Shown here: positions 43,901 through 58,594 of the stretch, piece by piece
How the letters are laid out: the number at the start of each line of letters is the position of its first letter
How positions within the stretch are numbered: the first letter of the stretch is position 1
DNA from: Nemertoderma westbladi
Lineage: Eukaryota > Animalia > Xenacoelomorpha
Direction: 5' to 3'
NCBI GenBank assembly: GCA_032718475.1
Contig: JAUCBJ010004138.1
Span: 5,263-69,262 of the forward strand
Length of the DNA: 64,000 bases
Notes under the pieces: generated by a model
Seen by the model: the letters and a program-made list of their open reading frames with translations, nothing else
Told to the model about the DNA's origin: nothing
Databases searched by the model: none
Position numbers and translations under genes: made by a program

Positions 43901-46900
43901 TTATCATAGAATCGCAGATTTACAATAATAACTGCCAGATTATCATAGAACCACAGATTTACAATAATAACTGCCAGTTTATCATAGAACCACACAGATT
44001 TACCATAATAACTGCCAGTTTCTTACAGAACCACAGATTTACAATAATAACTGCCAGTTTATCATAGAACTGCAGATTTACAATAATAACTGCCAGTTTC
44101 TTACAGAACCACAGATTTACAATAATAACTGCCAGTTTATCATAGGACCACAAATTTACAATAATAACTGCCAGTTTATCATAGAACCACACAGATTTAC
44201 CATAATAACTGCCAGTTTCTTACAGAACCACAGATTTACAATAATAACTGCCAGTTTATCATAGAACTGCAGATTTACAATAATAACTGCCAGTTTCTTA
44301 CAGAACCACAGATTTACAATAATAACTGCCAGTTTATCATAGGACCACAGATTTACAATAGTAACTACCAGTTTCTTACAGAACCGCAGATTTACAATAA
44401 TAACTGCCAGATTATCATAGAACCGCAGATTTACAATAATAACTGCCAATTTATCATAGAACCGCAGATTTACAATAATAGCTGCCAGTTTATCACAGAA
44501 CCACAGATTTACAATAATAACTGCCAGATTATCATAGAACCGCAGATTTACAATAATAACTGGCAGATTATCATAGAACCGCAGATTTACAATAATAACT
44601 GCCAGATTATCATAGAACCGCAGATTTACAATAATAACTGCCAGATTATCATAGAACCACAGATTTACAATAATAACTGCCAGTTTATCATAGAACCACA
44701 GATTTACAATAATAACTGCCAGTTTATCATAGAAACACAGATTTACACTAGTAACTGCCAGTTTCTTACAGAACCACAGATTTACAATAATAACTGCCAG
44801 ATTATCATAGAACCGCAGATTTACAATAATAACTGCCAGATTATCATAGAACCACAGATTTACAATAATAACTGCCAGTTTATCATAGAACCACAGATTT
44901 ACAATAAAAAACTGCCAGTTTATCATAGAACCACAGATTTACAATAATAACTGCCAGTTTATCAAACCGCAGATTTACAATAATAACTGCCAGTTTATCA
45001 TAGAACCATTTACAATAATAACTGCCAGTTTATCATAGAACCGCAGATTTACAATAATAACTGCCAGTTTATCATAGAACCACAGATTTACAATAATAAC
45101 TGTCAGTTTATCATAGAAGCACAGATTTACAATAATAACTGCCAGATTATCATAGAACCGCAGATATACAATAATAACTGCCAGTTTCTTACAGAACCAC
45201 AGATTTACAATAGTAACTGCCAGTTTCTTACAGAACCACAGATTTACAATAATTATCACAGATTTACAATAATAACTGCCAGTTTATCATAGAACCACAG
45301 ATTTACAATAATAACTGCCAGTTTATCATAGAACCACAGATTTACAATAATAACTGCCAGTTTATCAAACCGCAGATTTACAATAATAACTGCCAGTTTA
45401 TCATAGAACCACAGATTTACAATAATAACTGCCAGTTTATCATAGAACCGCAGATTTACAATAATAACTGCCAGTTTATCATAGAACCACAGATTTACAA
45501 TAATAACTGTCAGTTTATCATAGAATCACAGATTTACAATAATAACTGCAGTTTATCATAGAACCGCAGATTTACAATAATAACTGCCAGTTTATCATAG
45601 AACCGCAGATTTACAATAATAACTGTCAGTTTATCAAACCGCAGATTTACAATAATAACTGCCAGTTTATCATAGAACCACAGATTTACAATAATAACTG
45701 CCAGTTTATCATAGAACCGCAGAGTTACAATAATAACTGCCAGTTTATCATAGAACCACAGATTTACAATAATAACTGTCAGTTTATCATAGGACCACAG
45801 ATTTACAATAATAACTGCCAGATTATCATAGAACCGCAGATTTACAAAAATAACTGCCAGATTATCATAGAATCACAGATTTACAATAATAACTGCCAGT
45901 TTATCATAGAACCACACAGATTTACAATAATAACTGCCAGTTTCTTACAGAACCACAGATTTACAATAATAACAGCCAGTTTATCATAGAACCGCAGATT
46001 TACAATAATAACTGCCAGATTATCATAGAACCACAGATTTACAATAATAACTGCCAGATTATCATAGAACCGCAGATTTACAATAATAACTGCCAGATTA
46101 TCATAGAATCACAGATTTACAATAATAACTGCCAGATATCATAGAACCGCAGATTTACAATAGTACTGCCAGATTATCATAGAACCGCAGATTTACAATA
46201 ATAACTGCCAGTTTATCATAGAACCACAGATTTACAATAATAACTGCCAGTTTCTTACAGAACCACAGATTTACAATAATAACTGCCAGTTTATCATAGA
46301 ACCGCAGATTTACAATAATAACTGCCAGATTATCATAGAACCGCAGATTTACAATAATAACTGTCAGATTATCATAGAACCACAGATTTACAATAATAAC
46401 TGCCAGTTTATCATAGAACCGCAGATTTACAATAATAACTGCCAGATTATCATAGAACCGCAGATTTACAATAATAACTGTCAGATTATCATAGAACCGC
46501 AGATTTACAATAATAACTGCCAGTTTATCATAGAACCGCAGATTTACAATAATAACTGCCAGATTATCATAGAACCGCAAATTTACAATAATAACTGCCA
46601 GTTTATCATAGAACCACACAGATTTACAATAATAACTGCCAGTTTCTTACAGAACCACAGATTTACAATAATAACAGCCAGTTTATCATAGAACCGCAGA
46701 TTTACAATAATAACTGCCAGATTATCATAGAACCGCAGATTTACAATAATAACCGCCAGATTATCATAGAACCACAGATTTACAATAATAACTGCCAGAT
46801 TATCATAGAACCGCAGATTTACAATAATAACTGCCAGATTATCATAGAATCACAGATTTACAATAATAACTGCCAGTTTATCATAGAACCACACAGATTT

Positions 46901-49900
46901 ACAATAATAACTGCCAGTTTCTTACAGAACCACAGATTTACAATAATAACAGCCAGTTTATCATAGAACCGCAGATTTACAATAATAACTGCCAGATTAT
47001 CATAGAACCACAGATTTACAATAATAACTGCCAGATTATCATAGAACCGCAGATTTACAATAATAACTGCCAGATTATCATAGAATCACAGATTTACAAT
47101 AATAACTGCCAGATATCATAGAACCGCAGATTTACAATAGTACTGCCAGATTATCATAGAACCGCAGATTTACAATAATAACTGCCAGTTTATCATAGAA
47201 CCACAGATTTACAATAATAACTGCCAGTTTCTTACAGAACCACAGATTTACAATAATAACTGCCAGTTTATCATAGAACCGCAGATTTACAATAATAACT
47301 GCCAGATTATCATAGAACCGCAGATTTACAATAATAACTGTCAGATTATCATAGAACCACAGATTTACAATAATAACTGCCAGATTATCATAGAACCGCA
47401 GATTTACAATAATAACTGCCAGATTATCATAGAACCGCAGATTTACAATAATAACTGTCAGATTATCATATAACCGCAGATTTACAATAATAACTGCCAG
47501 TTTATCATAGAACCGCAGATTTACAATAATAACTGCCAGATTATCATAGAACCGCAAATTTACAATAATAACTGCCAGTTTATCATAGAACCACACAGAT
47601 TTACAATAATAACTGCCAGTTTCTTACAGAACCACAGATTTACAATAATAACAGCCAGTTTATCATAGAACCGCAGATTTACAATAATAACTGCCAGATT
47701 ATCATAGAACCGCAGATTTACAATAATAACTGCCAGATTATCATAGAACCGCAGATTTACAATAATAACTGCCAGATTATCATAGAACCGCAAATTTACA
47801 ATAATAACTGCCAGTTTATCATAGAACCACACAGATTTACAATAATAACTGCCAGTTTCTTACAGAACCACAGATTTACAATAATAACTGCCAGTTTATC
47901 ATAGAACCACAGATTTACAATAATAACTGCCAGATTATCATAGAACCGCAGATTTACAATAATAACTGCCAGATTATCATAGAATCACAGATTTACAATA
48001 ATAACTGCCAGTTTATCATAGAACCCACAGATTTACAATAATAACTGCCAGTTTCTTACAGAACCACAGATTTACAATAATAACTGCCAGATTATCATAG
48101 AACCGCAGATTTACAATAATAACTGCCAGATTATCATAGAACCGCAGATTTACAATAATAACTGCCAGATTATCATAGAACCGCAGATTTACAATAATAA
48201 CTGCCAGATTTATCATAGAACCGCAGATTTACAATAATAACTGCCAGATTATCATAGAACCGCAGATTTACAATAATAACTGCCAGATTATCATAGAACC
48301 GCAGATTTACAATAATAACTGCTCAGATTATCATAGAACCGCAGATTTACAATAATAACTGCCAGATTATCATAGAACCGCAGATTTACAATAATAACTG
48401 CCAGATTATCATAGAACCACAGATTTACAATAGTAACTGCCAGATTATCATAGAACCGCAGATTTACAATAATAACTGCCAGTTTATCATAGAACCACAG
48501 ATTTACAATAATAACTGCCAGTTTCTTACAGAACCACAGATTTACAATAATAACTGCCAGTTTATCATAGAACCGCAGATTTACAATAATAACTGCCAGA
48601 TTATCATAGAACCGCAGATTTACAATAATAACTGTCAGATTATCATAGAACCGCAGATTTACAATAATAACTGCCAGTTTATCATAGAACCGCAGATTTA
48701 CAATAATAACTGCCAGATTATCATAGAACCGCAGATTTACAATAATAACTGCCAGATTATCATAGAACCGCAGATTTACAATAATAACTGCCAGATTTAT
48801 CATAGAACCGCAGATTTACAATAATAACTGCCAGATTATCATAGAACCGCAGATTTACAATAATAACTGCCAGATTATCATTGAGCCACAGATTTACAAT
48901 AATAACTGCCAGTTTATCACAGAACCACAGATTTACAATAATAACTGCCAGATTATCATAGAACCGCAGATTTACAATAATAACTGCCAGTTTCTTACAG
49001 AACCACAGATTTACAATAATAACTGCCAGTTTATCATAGAACCGCAGATTTACAATAATAACTGCCAGATTATCATAGAACCGCAGATTTACAATAATAA
49101 CTGTCAGATTATCATAGAACCGCAGATTTACAATAATAACTGCCAGTTTATCATAGAACCGCAGATTTACAATAATAACTGCCAGATTATCATAGAACCG
49201 CAGATTTACAATAATAACTGCCAGTTTATCATAGAACCACAGATTTACAATAATAACTGCCAGTTTCTTACAGAACCACAGATTTACAATAATAACAGCC
49301 AGTTTATCATAGAACCGCAGATTTACAATAATAACTGCCAGATTATCATAGAACCGCAGATTTACAATAATAACTGCCAGATTATCATAGAACCACAGAT
49401 TTACAATAATAACTGCCAGATTATCATAGAACCGCAGATTTACAATAATAACTGCCAGATTATCATAGAACCACAGATTTACAATAATAACTGCCAGTTT
49501 ATCATAGAACCCACAGATTTACAATAATAACTGCCAGTTTCTTACAGAACCACAGATTTACAATAATAACTGCCAGTTTATCATAGAACCGCAGATTTAC
49601 AATAATAACTGCCAGATTATCATAGAACCACAGATTTACAATAATAACTGCCAGATTATCATAGAACCGCAGATTTACAATAATAACTGCCAGATTATCA
49701 TAGAACCGCAGATTTACAATAATAACTGCCAGATTATCATAGAACCGCAGATTTACAATAGTAACTGCCAGATTATCATAGAACCGCAGATTTACAATAA
49801 TAACTGCCAGTTTATCATAGAACCACAGATTTACAATAATAACTGCCAGTTTCTTACAGAACCACAGATTTACAATAATAACTGCCAGTTTATCATAGAA

Positions 49901-52900
49901 CCGCAGATTTACAATAATAACTGCCAGATTATCATAGAACCGCAGATTTACAATAATAACTGTCAGATTATCATAGAACCACAGATTTACAATAATAACT
50001 GCCAGATTATCATAGAACCGCAGATTTACAATAATAACTGTCAGATTATCATAGAACCGCAGATTTACAATAATAACTGCCAGTTTATCATAGAACCGCA
50101 GATTTACAATAATAACTGCCAGATTATCATAGAACCGCAGATTTACAATAATAACTGCCAGTTTATCATAGAACCACACAGATTTACAATAATAACTGCC
50201 AGTTTCTTACAGAATCACAGATTTACAATAATAACAGCCAGTTTATCATAGAACCGCAGATTTACAATAATAACTGCCAGATTATCATAGAACCGCAGAT
50301 TTACAATAATAACTGCCAGATTATCATAGAACCGCAGATTTACAATAATAACTGCCAGATTTATCATAGAACCGCAGATTTACAATAATAACTGCCAGAT
50401 TATCATAGAACCGCAGATTTACAATAATAACTGCCAGATTATCATAGAACCGCAGATTTACAATAATAACTGCCAGATTATCATAGAACCGCAGATTTAC
50501 AATAATAACTGCCAGATTATCATAGAACCACAGATTTACAATAATAACTGCCAGATTATCATAGAACCGCAGATTTACAATAATAACTGCCAGATTATCA
50601 TAGAACCGCAGATTTACAATAATAACTGCCAGATTATCATAGAACCGCAGATTTACAATAATAACTGCCAGATTATCATAGAACCACAGATTTACAATAG
50701 TAACTGCCAGATTATCATAGAACCGCAGATTTACAATAATAACTGCCAGTTTATCATAGAACCACAGAATTACAATAATAACTGCCAGTTTCTTACAGAA
50801 CCACAGATTTACAATAATAACTGCCAGATTATCATAGAACCGCAGATTTACAATAATAACTGCCAGATTATCATAGAACCACAGATTTACAATAATAACT
50901 GCCAGATATCATAGAACCGCAGATTTACAATAGTACTGCCAGATTATCATAGAACCGCAGATTTACAATAATAACTGCCAGTTTATCATAGAACCACAGA
51001 TTTACAATAATAACTGCCAGTTTCTTACAGAACCACAGATTTACAATAATAACTGCCAGTTTATCATAGAACCGCAGATTTACAATAATAACTGCCAGAT
51101 TATCATAGAACCGCAGATTTACAATAATAACTGTCAGATTATCATAGAACCGCAGATTTACAATAATAACTGCCAGTTTATCATAGAACCGCAGATTTAC
51201 AATAATAACTGCCAGATTATCATAGAACCGCAAATTTACAATAATAACTGCCAGTTTATCATAGAACCACACAGATTTACAATAATAACTGCCAGTTTCT
51301 TACAGAACAACAGATTTACAATAATAACAGCCAGTTTATCATAGAACCGCAGATTTACAATAATAACTGCCAGATTATCATAGAACCGCAGATTTACAAT
51401 AATAACTGCCAGATTATCATAGAACCGCAGATTTACAATAATAACTGCCAGTTTCTTACAGAACCACAGATTTACAATAATAACAGCCAGTTTATCATAG
51501 AACCGCAGATTTACAATAATAACTGCCAGATTATCATAGAACCGCAGATTTACAATAATAACTGCCAGATTATCATAGAACCACAGATTTACAATAATAA
51601 CTGCCAGATTATCATAGAACCGCAGATTTACAATAATAACTGCCAGATTATCATAGAATCACAGATTTACAATAATAACTGCCAGTTTATCATAGAACCA
51701 CACAGATTTACAATAATAACTGCCAGTTTCTTACAGAACCACAGATTTACAATAATAACAGCCAGTTTATCATAGAACCGCAGATTTACAATAATAACTG
51801 CCAGATTATCATAGAACCACAGATTTACAATAATAACTGCCAGATTATCATAGAACCGCAGATTTACAATAATAACTGCCAGATTATCATAGAATCACAG
51901 ATTTACAATAATAACTGCCAGATATCATAGAACCGCAGATTTACAATAGTACTGCGAGATTATCATAGAACCGCAGATTTACAATAATAACTGCCAGTTT
52001 ATCATAGAACCACAGATTTACAATAATAACTGCCAGTTTCTTACAGAACCACAGATTTACAATAATAACTGCCAGTTTATCATAGAACCGCAGATTTACA
52101 ATAATAACTGCCAGATTATCATAGAACCGCAGATTTACAATAATAACTGTCAGATTATCATAGAACCACAGATTTACAATAATAACTGCCAGATTATCAT
52201 AGAACCGCAGATTTACAATAATAACTGTCAGATTATCATATAACCGCAGATTTACAATAATAACTGCCAGTTTATCATAGAACCGCAGATTTACAATAAT
52301 AACTGCCAGATTATCATAGAACCGCAAATTTACAATAATAACTGCCAGTTTATCATAGAACCACACAGATTTACAATAATAACTGCCAGTTTCTTACAGA
52401 ATCACAGATTTACAATAATAACAGCCAGTTTATCATAGAACCGCAGATTTACAATAATAACTGCCAGATTATCATAGAACCGCAGATTTACAATAATAAC
52501 TGCCAGATTATCATAGAACCGCAGATTTACAATAATAACTGCCAATTTACCATAGAACCGCAGATTTACAATAATAACTGCCAGATTATCATACAACCGC
52601 AGATTTACAATAATAACTGCCAGATTATCATAGAACCGCAGATTTACAATAATAACTGCCAGATTATCATAGAACCGCAGATTTACAATAATAACTGCCA
52701 GATTATCATAGAACCACAGATTTACAATAATAACTGCCAGATTATCATAGAACCGCAGATTTACAATAATAACTGCTAGATTATCATAGAACCGCAGATT
52801 TACCATAATAACTGCCAGATTATCATAGAACCGCAGATTTACAATAATAACTGCCAGATTATCATAGAACCACAGATTTACAATAGTACTGCCAGATTAT

Positions 52901-55900
52901 CATAGAACCGCAGATTTACAATAATAACTGCCAGTTTATCATAGAACCACAGAATTACAATAATAACTGCCAGTTTCTTACAGAACCACAGATTTACAAT
53001 AATAACTGCCAGATTATCAAAGAACCGCAGATTTACAATAATAACTGCCAGATTATCATAGAATCACAGATTTACAATAATAACTGCCAGATATCATAGA
53101 ACCGCAGATTTACAATAGTACTGCCAGATTATCATAGAACCGCAGATTTACAATAATAACTGCCAGTTTATCATAGAACCACAGATTTACAATAATAACT
53201 GCCAGTTTCTTACAGAACCACAGATTTACAATAATAACTGCCAGTTTATCATATAACCGCAGATTTACAATAATAACTGCCAGATTATCATAGAACCGCA
53301 GATTTACAATAATAACTGTCAGATTATCATATAACCGCAGATTTACAATAATAACTGCCAGTTTATCATAGAACCGCAGATTTACAATAATAACTGCCAG
53401 ATTATCATAGAACCGCAAATTTACAATAATAACTGCCAGTTTATCATAGAACCACACAGATTTACAATAATAACTGCCAGTTTCTTACAGAACAACAGAT
53501 TTACAATAATAACAGCCAGTTTATCATAGAACCGCAGATTTACAATAATAACTGCCAGATTATCATAGAACCGCAGATTTACAATAATAACTGCCAGATT
53601 ATCATAGAACCGCAGATTTACAATAATAACTGCCAGTTTCTTACAGAACCACAGATTTACAATAATAACTGCCAGATTATCATACAACCGCAGATTTACA
53701 ATAATAACTGCCAGATTATCATAGAACCGCAGATTTACAATAATAACTGCCAGATTATCATAGAACCACAGATTTACAATAATAACTGCCAGATTATCAT
53801 AGAACCGCAGATTTACAATAATAACTGCTAGATTATCATAGAACCGCAGATTTACCATAATAACTGCCAGATTATCATAGAACCGCAGATTTACAATAAT
53901 AACTGCCAGATTATCATAGAACCGCAGATTTACAATAGTACTGCCAGATTATCATAGAATCGCAGATTTACAATAATAACTGCCAGTTTATCATAGAACC
54001 ACAGAATTACAATAATAACTGCCAGTTTCTTACAGAACCACAGATTTACAATAATAACTGCCAGTTTATCATAGAAACGCAGATTTACAATAATAACTGC
54101 CAGATTATCATAGAACCGCAGATTTACAATAATAACTCTCAGATTATCATAGAACCGCAGATTTACAATAATAACTGCCAGTTTATCATAGAACCGCAGA
54201 TTTACAATAATAACTGCCAGTTTATCATAGAACCACACAGATTTACAATAATAACTGCCAGATTATCATAGAACCGCAGATTTACAATAATAACTGCCAA
54301 TTTATCATAGAACCGCAGATTTACAATAATAACTGCCAGATTATCATAGAACTGCAGATTTACAATAATAACTGCCAGATTATCATTGAGCCACATATTT
54401 ACAATAATAACTGCCAGTTTATCACAGAACCACAGATTTACAATAATAACTGCCATATTATCATAGAACCTCAGATTTACAATAATAACTGCCAGTTTCT
54501 TACAGAACCACAGATTTACAATAATAACTGCCAGTTTATCATAGAACCAAAGATTTACAATAATAACTGCCAGATTATCATAGAACCACAGATTTACAAT
54601 AATAACTGCCAGATTATCATAGAACCACAGGGTCACAATAATAACTGCCAGTTTATCATAGAACCGCAGATTTACAATAATAACTGCCAGTTTATCATAG
54701 AACCGCAGATTGACAATAATAACTGCCAGATTATCATAGAATCGCAGATTTACAATAATAACTGCCAGATTATCATAGAACCACAGATTTACAATAATAA
54801 CTGCCAGTTTATCATAGAACCACACAGATTTACCATAATAACTGCCAGTTTCTTACAGAACCACAGATTTACAATAATAACTGCCAGTTTCTTACAGAAC
54901 CACAGATTTACAATAATAACTGCCAGTTTATCATAGGACCACAAATTTACAATAATAACTGCCAGTTTATCATAGAACCACACAGATTTACCATAATAAC
55001 TGCCAGTTTCTTACAGAACCACAGATTTACAATAATAACTGCCAGTTTATCATAGAACTGCAGATTTACAATAATAACTGCCAGTTTCTTACAGAACCAC
55101 AGATTTACAATAATAACTGCCAGTTTATCATAGGACCACAGATTTACAATAGTAACTACCAGTTTCTTACAGAACCGCAGATTTACAATAATAACTGCCA
55201 GATTATCATAGAACCGCAGATTTACAATAATAACTGCCAATTTATCATAGAACCGCAGATTTACAATAATAGCTGCCAGTTTATCACAGAACCACAGATT
55301 TACAATAATAACTGCCAGATTATCATAGAACCGCAGATTTACAATAATAACTGGCAGATTATCATAGAACCGCAGATTTACAATAATAACTGCCAGATTA
55401 TCATAGAACCGCAGATTTACAATAATAACTGCCAGATTATCATAGAACCACAGATTTACAATAATAACTGCCAGTTTATCATAGAACCACAGATTTACAA
55501 TAATAACTGCCAGTTTATCATAGAAACACAGATTTACACTAGTAACTGCCAGTTTCTTACAGAACCACAGATTTACAATAATAACTGCCAGATTATCATA
55601 GAACCGCAGATTTACAATAATAACTGCCAGATTATCATAGAACCACAGATTTACAATAATAACTGCCAGTTTATCATAGAACCACAGATTTACAATAAAA
55701 AACTGCCAGTTTATCATAGAACCACAGATTTACAATAATAACTGCCAGTTTATCAAACCGCAGATTTACAATAATAACTGCCAGTTTATCATAGAACCAT
55801 TTACAATAATAACTGCCAGTTTATCATAGAACCGCAGATTTACAATAATAACTGCCAGTTTATCATAGAACCACAGATTTACAATAATAACTGTCAGTTT

Positions 55901-57214
55901 ATCATAGAAGCACAGATTTACAATAATAACTGCCAGATTATCATAGAACCGCAGATATACAATAATAACTGCCAGTTTCTTACAGAACCACAGATTTACA
56001 ATAGTAACTGCCAGTTTCTTACAGAACCACAGATTTACAATAATTATCACAGATTTACAATAATAACTGCCAGTTTATCATAGAACCACAGATTTACAAT
56101 AATAACTGCCAGTTTATCATAGAACCACAGATTTACAATAATAACTGCCAGTTTATCAAACCGCAGATTTACAATAATAACTGCCAGTTTATCATAGAAC
56201 CACAGATTTACAATAATAACTGCCAGTTTATCATAGAACCGCAGATTTACAATAATAACTGCCAGTTTATCATAGAACCACAGATTTACAATAATAACTG
56301 TCAGTTTATCATAGAATCACAGATTTACAATAATAACTGCAGTTTATCATAGAACCGCAGATTTACAATAATAACTGCCAGTTTATCATAGAACCGCAGA
56401 TTTACAATAATAACTGTCAGTTTATCAAACCGCAGATTTACAATAATAACTGCCAGTTTATCATAGAACCACAGATTTACAATAATAACTGCCAGTTTAT
56501 CATAGAACCGCAGAGTTACAATAATAACTGCCAGTTTATCATAGAACCACAGATTTACAATAATAACTGTCAGTTTATCATAGGACCACAGATTTACAAT
56601 AATAACTGCCAGATTATCATAGAACCGCAGATTTACAAAAATAACTGCCAGATTATCATAGAACCGCAGATTTACAATAATAACTGCCAATTTATCATAG
56701 AACCGCAGATTTACAATAATAACTGCCAGATTATCATAGAACCGCAGATTTACAATAATAACTGCCAGATTATCATTGAGCCACAGATTTACAATAATAA
56801 CTGCCAGTTTATCATAGAACCACAGATTTACAATAATAACTGCCAGATTATCATAGAACCACAGATTTACAATAATAACTGCCAGTTTCTTACAGAACCA
56901 CAGATTTACAATAATAACTGCCAGTTTATCATAGAACCAAAGATTTACAATAATAACTGCCAGATTATCATAGAACCGCAGATTTACAATAATAACTGCC
57001 AGTTTATCATAGAACCACAGATTTACAATAATAACTGTCAGTTTATCATAGAACCACAGATTTACAATAATAACTGCCAGTTTATCATAGAACCACAGAT
57101 TTACAATAATAACTGCCAGTTTATCATAGAACCGCAGATTTGCAATAATAACTGCCAGTTTATCACAGAACCACAAATTTACAATAATAACTGCCAGTTT
57201 ATCACAGAACCACA
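7987..57214. repeat. 39-bp satellite DNA array, ~49.2 kb, ~1,260 monomers, single orientation, with higher-order structure
   Basis: Consensus AACTGCCAG(A/T)TTATCATAGAACC(G/A)CAGATTTACAATAAT is repeated without interruption by foreign sequence. Recurrent 36-, 38- and 41-bp length variants occur. Copy number is estimated as length divided by 39. Confidence 0.99.
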
Positions 57215-57637
57215 CACTGGTTTATTTGGTTGCCGTTTTATCTCTGGTTTTTTAAGAAAACCGGCAGTTTTCAATAGTTGAAACGCCAGTTACCAGCAGT
57301 AAACCATACGTTAATAAATGCTGATTCAATACTCGACCGGGAAGGGAATTTGCGTTAAAACAGAACCTGAGGTTACAGAAACCGGCAGTTCCTTGCGATA
57401 AAAAATACCAGAGGTTTTACAACTCAATTTTAGGCTGTAAACAACTGGGGGTTATGGAACCGCCGGTTTTACGAGAGATAATCAACCCCCGGTTTGCACA
57501 ACTGCCAGTTCTGGCAACGTTTATTTACCGCCGGTTTGTAGAAACAACCTGTGGTGGTTTTCGTTGCAAACAACCCCAGATAGTTGTTGCAAACTGGTAG
57601 TTTTTTAACACAATACCACCACTTACTTTTTTCAGTG
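57215..57637. mobile_element. Right arm of a putative non-autonomous CACTA/EnSpm-like element
   Basis: Many dispersed AAC-N5-GTT motifs (57259, 57364, 57380, 57443, 57458, 57484, 57500, 57592) end in TTTTTTCAGTG|TA, which reads CACTGAAAAAA on the minus strand. No matching left terminus was found. Confidence 0.5.
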
Positions 57638-57719
57638 TATCTAACTAACAAAAACTTGAATATAAAATAACATCAACAATCAGGGTCAATAATACCCCTG
57701 CACTCGAGCTCGCTTCAGC

Positions 57720-58390
57720 GAAAGGCTAAGAGAGTTGATTGGTAAGGTTGTGGAAATAAAATCAGCATTAGTTGCGTCAATCTGTTTCGGCGCACCCACA
57801 GAAATACGGGACTGTACATACTTTATTGAGTAATTGGAGGTGGATATAGAGAACAGCCGGGGTAGCGCATAGTCGGCCATAACAACTTTGTATCCACCCG
57901 AGATCCCTTTGTATAGCGATCCGAAAGAGTCACCGTCGGCCTTGGCTCTGATATGCAACGCTAGACGTAGACCTAGCTGATGAGTGTAATTGGGACAGCA
58001 CAATCCACGTAGTGTTCCTACGCATTGACGTAGAGCAAAAATTGTAATCGGCAGTAAACCAGATACAGATTTACCTTTTGCTAAATATGAAATTGATTGC
58101 ATCACAGATAAAGCAGAGATATGCGGTAGAAGGGCTTGGGAACACAATGTATTGAGTCTCAATCTCGTTATGTCAGTGCAGACCTCACCTGTATCACTAC
58201 CATTTACATTGGATTTAAATTTAAGCAATGCATTCTTAGCTTGCTTTGCATTTACTGATTATTGCTATTTCCAGTTTCCTTACCACGTATTTTAGATTAG
58301 GATTTGCATTCATCTGACCAGACCACCTGTTGATTGAATGAGCAACCAGATTTATTGAGAGAAAATTCTTGAGATGCCGCGTTGATCGTT
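57720..58390 (-). mobile_element. Highly decayed LINE ORF2 fragment (linker and RT N-terminal part)
   Basis: Degenerate motifs occur in the expected order across frames: WSDECK, VMQSISYLAKGKS (cf. VxxAIxxLKxGKA), PITLIS (cf. RPITLLS) and SVGAPKQIDATNADFI (cf. xLDxxKAFDxVxHxxL). Confidence 0.5.
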
Positions 58391-58594
58391 TAATCTAAAT
58401 CTCTCTAAATTTATAGTCTAAAATCTAAAATTACCTCTAAATATCTAAAAGTATATCACATGGATCCTTTCTATTACAAAGCCACGTATAAATCAGAAGA
58501 AACCTTGCTCCAAGTTTCAGCTTGAACGGATAAGAAATAACGAAATGAGATAAGGTTTTAACTTTCAGACATTTCGCATTTGTTAATTCCAAGA

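Noticed and set aside
7987-57214. CRISPR-like or information-storing array
   Set aside because: Units abut directly with no unique spacers, there are no cas genes, and the variant patterns are explained by block duplication.
7927-57215. Dozens of minus-strand ORFs encoding (LAVIIVNLRFYDN)n, up to 455 aa
   Set aside because: A 39-bp unit with one stop-free frame yields long ORFs automatically. Frameshifting 38- and 41-bp variants are common and amplified, and there are no unique N- or C-terminal domains.
57686-58228. 180-aa ORF as an intact host gene
   Set aside because: It has a non-ATG start, and LINE-like motifs are split across frames, so it is better explained as a decayed retrotransposon.
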